A stretch of DNA of 10,663 nt, taken from IMG/VR virus record IMGVR_UViG_2802429253_000003; one strand, written 5' to 3'. The position numbers and the translations under genes were made by a program. The notes beneath the pieces were generated by a model. It saw only the letters and a list, made by a program, of their open reading frames with translations. It was not told the DNA's origin and did not search any database. This DNA comes from a virus. Its lineage: Duplodnaviria > Heunggongvirae > Uroviricota > Caudoviricetes. Shown here piece by piece: positions 1-5,823 of the stretch; the stretch's first letter is position 1; every line of letters starts with the position of its first letter.

Positions 1-818
1 CTATTAATATAGTATACTATTCCTCCGTCAGCCATCAATTGACATGGAATACATTCTACATTAAGACGATAATTTATTTCTGGCTATTACTTCTTGTTTC
101 TTCATGTTTTTTTATTAAAAATTATTCAAAAATATGGTTTTGCATTAGCTTTATCAGCATTGCTCTAGCATGTGATAACTTAATATTATTGCATTTTATG
201 GATTCACGTTATCCTATATGGTATTGGGCCAAAGGGCTTGAACTAGCATCCAGCTTATATATCATATGCACTCTAATGTATTTTATATTTTTGAAATTAA
301 AATATTCAGATTATCTGGCTTCACACGATTTTTTAACTAACACTTATAATAGAGGTGGTTTTTTAAATGCCTTCAAGACAATATTAAAAAATAACAATAA
401 TAATTCCATTTGTGTATTAATGCTCGACATTGATCACTTCAAGAAGATAAATGACCAGCATGGACATCACACTGGAGATATAGTAATAAGCACAGTAACA
501 AAAATTATTGCAAAGACAATCAGGAACAAAGATTTATTCGGCCGACTTGGAGGGGAAGAATTCGCCATTGTATTCAATGATCTTTCATTTTCTCAGATCT
601 CAGCAATCAGCGAAAGAATAAGAAGGAATGTTGAAGTGAAAACACAAAATCTTACTGTTAAATATGGGGTTGAAAGAGTCACTATCAGCATAGGTGGGTT
701 CATCACTCTTTCAAATAAACTCATGCCTTCAGAAATCTTGGCTCAAGCAGATGAATCGCTATATGAAGCCAAAAGAACTGGCAGAAACAAGGTAATCATA
801 CATAGCGAGATATCATAG
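1..818 (+). CDS. Membrane-anchored GGDEF-domain diguanylate cyclase, probably 5'-partial
   Basis: The ORF track starts it at a TTG at nt 39, but the frame has no stop between nt 1 and 39 and no Shine-Dalgarno precedes the TTG, so the gene most likely starts upstream of the window. The N-terminal ~90 aa is hydrophobic (about three predicted TM helices). The C-terminal ~165 aa has GGDEF hallmarks: GGEEF active-site motif (nt 549-563), an RxxD I-site (RNKD) five residues upstream, and an LDIDHFKKIND metal-binding stretch. Very AT-rich, Asn/Lys/Ile-rich codon usage, unlike the adjacent phage genes. Confidence 0.85.
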   Translation, partial: INIVYYSSVSHQLTWNTFYIKTIIYFWLLLLVSSCFFIKNYSKIWFCISFISIALACDNLILLHFMDSRYPIWYWAKGLELASSLYIICTLMYFIFLKLKYSDYLASHDFLTNTYNRGGFLNAFKTILKNNNNNSICVLMLDIDHFKKINDQHGHHTGDIVISTVTKIIAKTIRNKDLFGRLGGEEFAIVFNDLSFSQISAISERIRRNVEVKTQNLTVKYGVERVTISIGGFITLSNKLMPSEILAQADESLYEAKRTGRNKVIIHSEIS

Positions 819-862
819 CTATTTAGTGGCAACAGACGATATTATACTTACTGATCATTAAA

Positions 863-894
863 CCGCAGCATATTACCAGTATAATTTGCTGCGG
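863..894. terminator. Perfect 8-bp inverted repeat (ccgcagca / tgctgcgg) with a 16-nt AT-rich loop between two convergent coding regions; possible weak terminator
   Basis: Seen directly in sequence. It lies 45 nt after the stop of the GGDEF gene and 19 nt after the stop of the tfa-like remnant. On the minus strand it is followed by TTTAAT. The loop is long and the U-tract poor, so termination is uncertain. Confidence 0.3.
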
Positions 895-912
895 AATATA
901 ATTAACTAGTTT

Positions 913-1041
913 TCAATTAGCTGCAGGAATGAGAGGCCACTCAGTATCCGGTGCAGTTGATGTATCAACACGGTTCAGCAACACCCGATACTTCTTCCAG
1001 GCTTCCAGCAACGAGGTTTCGCCCTCCGTTGCATATACAGC
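913..1041 (-). pseudogene. tfa: 3'-terminal remnant of a tail fibre assembly gene (Tfa C-terminal domain only, no start codon)
   Basis: The minus-strand frame translates to [42 protein letters not shown] then stop (TGA at 913-915). This matches the conserved C-terminus of lambda-type Tfa proteins as I remember them (..[29 protein letters not shown]..). It is bounded upstream by an in-frame stop at 1042-1044 and has no start codon or RBS. Confidence 0.6.
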
Positions 1042-1050
1042 TCACCTTTT

Positions 1051-1374
1051 TCACCCGCGATTAACCAACAGCCAGACCAGCAGACACGCCACCACCGGCA
1101 CAGCAAAATCCATCAGGCTTGCCACATCCCATGCACGTGGATCAAAACCGCCCCACCACGGCATGTTAATCCGCTTGCCATGCCCGAACATTTCAATCCA
1201 GCGATATTCTGCCTGGGTGTGTTCCCGCGCAATGAAGAATGTACAACCGGCTATCGCCCCGTAAGCCCAGTTTCCGGTAAAAAGACCAACCAGTACCTGC
1301 GCAGCCACAGCACAAAGCGCATGAAGAAAAGGTGTTATATCCATTTTCATCCTACCCAATAAAACGGGGCGCAT
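1051..1374 (-). CDS. Small hypothetical inner-membrane protein (about 97-107 aa, two predicted TM helices, Trp-rich connecting loop)
   Basis: ORF with two hydrophobic helices (ITPFLHALCAVAAQVLVGLF and FAVPVVACLLVWLLV). It starts 11 nt after the stop of the upstream 346-aa gene, preceded by an AAGGG Shine-Dalgarno-like element. Alternative internal starts exist at codons 9 and 11. GC near 55 percent. The plus-strand ORFs overlapping it have implausible composition. No family recognised. Confidence 0.6.
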   Translation of the reverse strand: MRPVLLGRMKMDITPFLHALCAVAAQVLVGLFTGNWAYGAIAGCTFFIAREHTQAEYRWIEMFGHGKRINMPWWGGFDPRAWDVASLMDFAVPVVACLLVWLLVNRG

Positions 1375-1385
1375 AGCCCTTAATA

Positions 1386-2426
1386 TTATTTAGACGCAAG
1401 CGTCGCCTCAATTGCAGATAATCTTTGCCTTAATTCTGCGTTTTCTTCTTCCAGTACTGTTATTCTGTCGTCTGACTCTCTGGCTACCTGAACAAGCAAG
1501 CCAGTAACACCAGAATAATCTACTGTGTAATAACGTTCACCTTCTTCACCTTCCGATCCGCTTGCACCGTCCTGATATTTCATTGCGGAACCTACAACTT
1601 CTGGGATTGCTTCCAGAGCTTCCTGTGCAATGACACCTGCATAGGGCATACCGTTTTCTTTAAGCGTGTATGTATAGCCGTTCATTTTACGGATGCGGTC
1701 GGTTGCATTATCGATCACCTGAATGTTGTCTTTCAGATCCCGGTCAGAATGCTGGTTAAATGCGGTGGCATGACATGCACCATTAACGCTTAACATATAG
1801 GTGTTATCGGTATTTTTCTGCGCATAGAACATATACGCGCCACCATCAGCACCAACTTCATATACAACCGGACGGGTAGAGTTACCCCACAAACTAGTAG
1901 TAGCGCCAGAATGAGCGGTCCCCTGTGTGTTTAATGTCATGGTTGACCCATGATTGGCATATTTGATTTGTAATGTGTCTGTGCAGTCAAACTTAATAAG
2001 CGCGTTACTTCCCCGCACACCATACGACATGAGACAGTTCCCCATCTTAAGGTAACCATCACTGCCTGGAAAAATTAATGTTCCGCCGTAAAGATCGCTA
2101 AAATCCCAAAAGATACCTTTTGTTCCATTGTGTGTGACAATCCTTGTCATTGTATCTTTTGTACCGTCAATATTTTTTCTGGTGTACATCTCACTATAAG
2201 CGTTTTCGGTTTCTCCTGTCTTATTTGACAAGTGAATCTTACCGCTAAATATAGTTCCAGTGGTCGGCAATGTCTTTTGATCATAGATTACATTGCAATA
2301 ACTATTCCATGTTGTTTTATTGTCTACATATGATTTTGTTGCGTAGCTCCCTTGATCGTTTTTTAATTTGCTAACGTCGGATTTTAGCGTTTTGATATCA
2401 TCAGGAATTACTGTCGATGTAGCCAT
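1386..2426 (-). CDS. Tail fibre / fibre-tip protein with C-terminal peptidase-S74-type intramolecular chaperone (autoproteolytic) domain
   Basis: The C-terminal ~120 aa (HSDRDLKDNIQVIDNATDRIRKMNGYTYTLKENG...GVIAQEALEAIPEVV...YTVDYSGVTGLLVQVARE...LEEENAELRQRLSAIEATL) has the hallmarks of the endosialidase-type chaperone domain: an S-D-x-x-x-K Ser/Lys dyad context (Ser227 codon at nt 1746-1748, Lys232) and a terminal coiled-coil. The N-terminal ~225 aa is Gly/Thr/Asn-rich and beta-like, consistent with a receptor-binding domain. Strong RBS (GAGGAAGG) 9 nt spacing from the upstream ORF; GC lower than the core phage genes. Confidence 0.8.
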   Translation of the reverse strand: MATSTVIPDDIKTLKSDVSKLKNDQGSYATKSYVDNKTTWNSYCNVIYDQKTLPTTGTIFSGKIHLSNKTGETENAYSEMYTRKNIDGTKDTMTRIVTHNGTKGIFWDFSDLYGGTLIFPGSDGYLKMGNCLMSYGVRGSNALIKFDCTDTLQIKYANHGSTMTLNTQGTAHSGATTSLWGNSTRPVVYEVGADGGAYMFYAQKNTDNTYMLSVNGACHATAFNQHSDRDLKDNIQVIDNATDRIRKMNGYTYTLKENGMPYAGVIAQEALEAIPEVVGSAMKYQDGASGSEGEEGERYYTVDYSGVTGLLVQVARESDDRITVLEEENAELRQRLSAIEATLASK

Positions 2427-2435
2427 TTTCCTTCC

Positions 2436-2717
2436 TCACATCCAGCCACGAAGTTGATGCTCAACAGCAACCGCGTATTCATCGAATAATGACGATATTT
2501 GCGAATCATTAATGATGCGCACGTTTACAAAATATCCGTCCTCCTTAACACATACCGGCTCGCCATCTTCAGTAAGTTCTCCGGTTTCTTTGTACACATT
2601 ACCTATCACGTCAATAAGAATATCATCCTGCATCGACTCGTCATCATAATAGCCAATACTCTCCATAAAGGCCGAAAAGTCGGCCCTGTCGGCAAATTTG
2701 AGTGTTAAATCTTTCAT
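2436..2717 (-). CDS. Small, highly acidic hypothetical protein (93 aa) translationally coupled to stf
   Basis: Its ATG (2715-2717) overlaps the stf TAA stop (2717-2719) as TAATG. By my count it has about 21 Asp/Glu against 7 Lys/Arg. It sits where tfa is found in lambda but has no Tfa-like motifs. No family recognised. Confidence 0.55.
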   Translation of the reverse strand: MKDLTLKFADRADFSAFMESIGYYDDESMQDDILIDVIGNVYKETGELTEDGEPVCVKEDGYFVNVRIINDSQISSLFDEYAVAVEHQLRGWM

Positions 2718-5092
2718 TAGATTGACTCCCCCATCTGAGCATCAGTCAATGCCTTGTGCCATATTCTGAAATTCCTGACATGACCAAATAAATGACGTAA
2801 CCCGGCTGTAGTCTGGCCTCCAATACGGATAATTGCGGTGTTCTGAATACAGGACCATGTGGTTTTTGTTTCGCTGGATATATGCCCGTTACTTACTGAG
2901 CACGTAGACTGCTCTGACTTTACACGCATCCCCATAACCATTTTTTCAAGCGATGCGTTTTCGTTTACCCGTCTGTTAGCTCCTCCAATATCGCAATAAG
3001 GAAATCCGTCATAATCTGTTGAACGACCGAAGCCAAGAATAATAGCCGCTCCGGTTTGATGACCGCCGGTATCAAAAACACGCGGTGCTGCATTTGGCGT
3101 TTTATACCAGTTCTTATGTACCTCACAAAGAACTGTAAAAGGAAGATTATAAAGGTTATTCTTGATTGGGACTGTCACCATATCGCTTGCGCGAGTGCTT
3201 GCAGTTATATCAGTTACAATAAATGACGAAGCACTTGATCCACCTTCCACTTGTGGAGTTGCGATATCCAGATAGTCTCCAGATGCTGTGCCTGAACCTT
3301 TTACTGGAGCATATTGAACCATCGCACCAATCATGCTCTCTGTATCTAGTGCATTAATTGTAGCCTGATAGAAAATCCAACCAGTAGCCTCATCTTTTAC
3401 AGCTTTTGCAATAATACGATTTGCTGCACCACCAGTCTTATCAATTACAAGTGTTGATAAATTGAGGTAAGCATCTCCCAAAAAAGTGTAAGTAGAACCA
3501 TCATGATGTTCAAATCTTAAACGACACCTTATATTTTCAACATCACTTCTGACACGGCATGAAATGGTCACATATTTTTCATCACCTGTGACATCAAATC
3601 CTTTACTGCCAGAAACCGTTACGATATTAATCGCACTTGTCTGATCAATAAGAGTATCTTTTACAGTAAATCTCCCATAAGTAAAATTAAAAGAATCCGT
3701 GGATATTTCTGTGAGTTCCAGATTGCCTGACTTATTCCATTTAGATGGATTTGTTGAATTAAGCAGAAGATTAGTTCTTTGCCCCTCAATAAGCAGGCCA
3801 TCACGTTCAAATCGCGGCTCGTCAATGGCAGCCTCTGTCAGTACACCAGATTTATTAATATAGGTTGCTTTCGATGCGCGTTTAAACTTTACAATCTTGT
3901 CGCCAGGCATTGTTATTTCATCGTCGCCAATAACAATTTTTTTATATGATGGCGAAAAGCCCGTAATCATATCCAGTGAATCGTTAAACGGTATCCACAC
4001 ATCAGGAAGCGGCTGTAAGACATATTTATACGGCTCTGCTGCCTGGCTTGCGTACTCCCTGGCTGCGTCTTCGCTTGCTTTAGCTGCCGTCTGGCTTGCT
4101 GCCGATGCTTTCGCTGAGTTATCCGCCGCAGTCTCGCTCGCCTTTGCGTTGGTTTCACTGGTTTTTGCAGCTTTTTGACTGTTGGCTGATGCAGTGGCAG
4201 AAGAAGCCGCCGCACTTGCAGAACTGGCTGCGGCACTCTCGCTTTCAGCTGCTGCATCCTGACTGCTTTTCGCCGCAGTTTCACTGGCTTTGGCATTCGT
4301 TTCGCTGGTCTTCGCTGCCGTCTGGCTGGACTTTGCGTTAGTTTCACTCGTCTTCGCAGCTTTCTGGTTGTTAGCCGCAGCAGTTGCTGATCCAGCTGCT
4401 GAAGTCGCAGAACCGGCTGCCGCGCTCTCGCTTTGGGCTGCTGCAACCTGGCTGTTTTTTGCCGCAGTTTCACTGGCTTTAGCATTCGTTTCGCTGGTCT
4501 TCGCTGCCGTCTGGCTGGACTTTGCGTTGGTTTCGCTCGTCTTTGCGGCTGTCTCGCTATTTTTCGCGTTGGTTTCTGATTTTTTGGCTGCTGTCGCGGA
4601 GTTTGCTGATGCAGTCTGTGAGGCCGCTGCCGCCTGTGCACTATTAGCTGCATTCGTTTCTGAGGTTTTCGCCGCGTTCTTCGATGATGCCGCTGCAGTT
4701 TCTGATTTCTTTGCCGCCGCTGCGCTCTGAGAGGCGGCTTCAGCGTTGCGTGCCGCTTCTTCCACCATTTCCTCAAAACGACGCAATGCCTCCGGCATGA
4801 CATCATCTTCCGTCATGGCACCGAGAAAATCATTCAGCGTACCTGGTCTGGAACCTTCATAGACGGTAATGGTCCCGGCATGTGAAGGCGGAAAACCTTC
4901 AACCAGCAGGATGACGCTGTACTGGCCATACTCAACATCCATGCTGTAACGCCCGGCTTCATCCGGATTTTCAGAGGCCACCGTGTTCACCAGTACCGTG
5001 GTGCTGTTACGTTTTGCTTTCAGCTGGATTGTGCAGTTCTGTACCGGTTTTCCTGTGCCGTCTTTCAGTACACCTGAAATCTTTACTGCCAT
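2717..5092 (-). CDS. stf: Side tail fibre protein Stf: lambda-like N-terminal domain, Ala/Ser/Thr-rich repeat shaft, divergent distal domains ending in a putative LamG-like lectin fold
   Basis: N-terminus MAVKISGVLKDGTGKPVQNCTIQLKA... matches lambda Stf as remembered. The ORF track begins at GTG 5098, but the ATG at 5092 gives the lambda-like MAVK start with GGGGTGA upstream. The central region is repeats of the type AAKTSETNAKSSQTAAKTSETNAKASETAAK. The last ~110 aa end in ...GHVRNFRIWHKALTDAQM, resembling the C-terminal signature of LamG/concanavalin-like jellyroll domains. Confidence 0.9.
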   Translation of the reverse strand: MAVKISGVLKDGTGKPVQNCTIQLKAKRNSTTVLVNTVASENPDEAGRYSMDVEYGQYSVILLVEGFPPSHAGTITVYEGSRPGTLNDFLGAMTEDDVMPEALRRFEEMVEEAARNAEAASQSAAAAKKSETAAASSKNAAKTSETNAANSAQAAAASQTASANSATAAKKSETNAKNSETAAKTSETNAKSSQTAAKTSETNAKASETAAKNSQVAAAQSESAAAGSATSAAGSATAAANNQKAAKTSETNAKSSQTAAKTSETNAKASETAAKSSQDAAAESESAAASSASAAASSATASANSQKAAKTSETNAKASETAADNSAKASAASQTAAKASEDAAREYASQAAEPYKYVLQPLPDVWIPFNDSLDMITGFSPSYKKIVIGDDEITMPGDKIVKFKRASKATYINKSGVLTEAAIDEPRFERDGLLIEGQRTNLLLNSTNPSKWNKSGNLELTEISTDSFNFTYGRFTVKDTLIDQTSAINIVTVSGSKGFDVTGDEKYVTISCRVRSDVENIRCRLRFEHHDGSTYTFLGDAYLNLSTLVIDKTGGAANRIIAKAVKDEATGWIFYQATINALDTESMIGAMVQYAPVKGSGTASGDYLDIATPQVEGGSSASSFIVTDITASTRASDMVTVPIKNNLYNLPFTVLCEVHKNWYKTPNAAPRVFDTGGHQTGAAIILGFGRSTDYDGFPYCDIGGANRRVNENASLEKMVMGMRVKSEQSTCSVSNGHISSETKTTWSCIQNTAIIRIGGQTTAGLRHLFGHVRNFRIWHKALTDAQMGESI
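4083..4740. repeat. In-frame tandem direct repeats inside stf (189-bp period, at least two full copies, within a broader degenerate short-unit repeat region)
   Basis: Near-identical DNA at 4276-4340 and 4465-4530 (offset 189 nt, 63 codons), and again at about 4143 versus 4332. These encode the Ala/Ser/Thr-rich shaft repeats of Stf. Confidence 0.8.
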
Positions 5093-5103
5093 ATTCACCC
5101 CAC

Positions 5104-5130
5104 AAAAAAGCCCGCCTGAACCGGCGGGCT
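5104..5130 (-). terminator. Intrinsic terminator between lom and stf
   Basis: Minus strand reads AGCCCGCC-GGTTCA-GGCGGGCT followed by TTTTTT: an 8-bp GC-rich stem, 6-nt loop and U-tract. The U-tract runs directly into the stf ribosome-binding region (GTGGGGTGAATATG). Confidence 0.6.
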
Positions 5131-5156
5131 GTCATAACACTGTGTTACCTGGCTAA

Positions 5157-5756
5157 TCAGAACTTATAACCGACACCCACGATGAAACCGTCAGTGCGCC
5201 AGTCGCCACTGCCGGAGCCTTCATAAGCAATATCAATGGCCACGGATTCGGTCGGGTTAAACTGCACGCCAGCTCCCCACGCCAGAGACGTGTTGCTGTG
5301 GCGACCGTCATCACTTCCGGTCAGCACATCGTGCGTTTTCCCCTTGTTGTCAGTTACGCGAAGATAATCCCCGGAGAAAGTCGACACACGGCTGTAAGCC
5401 ACACCCGCCATCGCATACGCGCTGAACCATTCATTCACGCGCACAGACGGCCCCGCCATCACGCTGAACCAGCGGTTACGCACGGAATCTTCATGCCAGC
5501 GGGTATCGCTGTAATGGGTTTTTTGCTCATCTTTGGCATTGGCATAACTGAATGACGTCACCAGCCCCAGCGTGTCCGTAAATTCATAACGGTATTTCAC
5601 GTTAATGCCCTTCAGGTCATCACTGCCTGGCATATCAGTATGGGTCTGAAGATACCCGGCGCTTAGTGTGGACTGATGCTCTGCTGCGCTCGCTGGCGTA
5701 CCAGCGGCAACCAGCCAGACTACTGCGGACAGAATAACAGCACATAATTTACGCAT
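5157..5756 (-). CDS. lom: Lom outer-membrane protein (Ail/Lom/PagC/OmpX family beta-barrel)
   Basis: 199 aa with an N-terminal signal peptide ([24 protein letters not shown]) and the typical C-terminal ...[10 protein letters not shown]. Near-identical to lambda Lom as remembered. RBS GAGAGGT upstream of the ATG. Confidence 0.93.
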   Translation of the reverse strand: MRKLCAVILSAVVWLVAAGTPASAAEHQSTLSAGYLQTHTDMPGSDDLKGINVKYRYEFTDTLGLVTSFSYANAKDEQKTHYSDTRWHEDSVRNRWFSVMAGPSVRVNEWFSAYAMAGVAYSRVSTFSGDYLRVTDNKGKTHDVLTGSDDGRHSNTSLAWGAGVQFNPTESVAIDIAYEGSGSGDWRTDGFIVGVGYKF

Positions 5757-5780
5757 AATTACCTCTCGCTTTTCTGCAAT

Positions 5781-5804
5781 AAAAAAGGCGTCATTTCTGA
5801 CGCC
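5781..5804 (-). terminator. Intrinsic terminator downstream of J (position corresponds to lambda tJ)
   Basis: Minus strand reads GGCGTCA-GAAA-TGACGCC followed by TTTTTTATT: a 7-bp stem, GNRA-type tetraloop and U6 tract. It lies between the J stop (5824) and the lom RBS. Confidence 0.6.
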
Positions 5805-5823
5805 CGTATTGGGGTTATAAAAT

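Noticed and set aside
39-41. TTG at 39 as the true start of the diguanylate cyclase gene
   Set aside because: There is no Shine-Dalgarno upstream and the frame stays open to the first base of the window. A start upstream of the window is more likely, so the feature is reported as 5'-partial from nt 1.
819-1050. Lambda-type attachment core (GCTTTTTTATACTAA) or another att site marking the prophage end
   Set aside because: No exact match found. The closest segment (around 834-848) shares only a short TTATACT core. The prophage boundary cannot be placed from this window.
929-1362. Plus-strand ORFs 929-1264 and 1180-1362
   Set aside because: They overlap the minus-strand membrane-protein ORF and the tfa remnant. 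Their translations are Ser/Thr/His/Arg-rich with no domain features.
1051-1374. Holin identity for the 107-aa two-helix membrane protein
   Set aside because: The gene sits in the tail fibre region, not next to an endolysin, and it lacks the highly charged C-terminal tail typical of holins.
2499-2708. Plus-strand ORF antisense to the 93-aa acidic ORF
   Set aside because: It is fully nested antisense, hydrophobic and low-complexity, with no start context.
4083-4740. Possible CRISPR array suggested by repeated DNA
   Set aside because: The repeats are long (189 bp), imperfect, GC-rich and in-frame coding, and there is no repeat-spacer architecture.
3897-4806. ORFs in alternate frames across the stf repeat region (3897-4178, 3967-4806, 4096-4341, 4290-4730)
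   Set aside because: These are products of the in-frame tandem repeats. The translations are low-complexity (Arg/Gln-rich or Ala/Phe/Leu-rich) and overlap the well-supported stf frame.
5298-5555. Plus-strand ORF antisense to lom
   Set aside because: It is nested inside the strongly supported lom gene. Its composition is Arg/His-rich, typical of an antisense frame.
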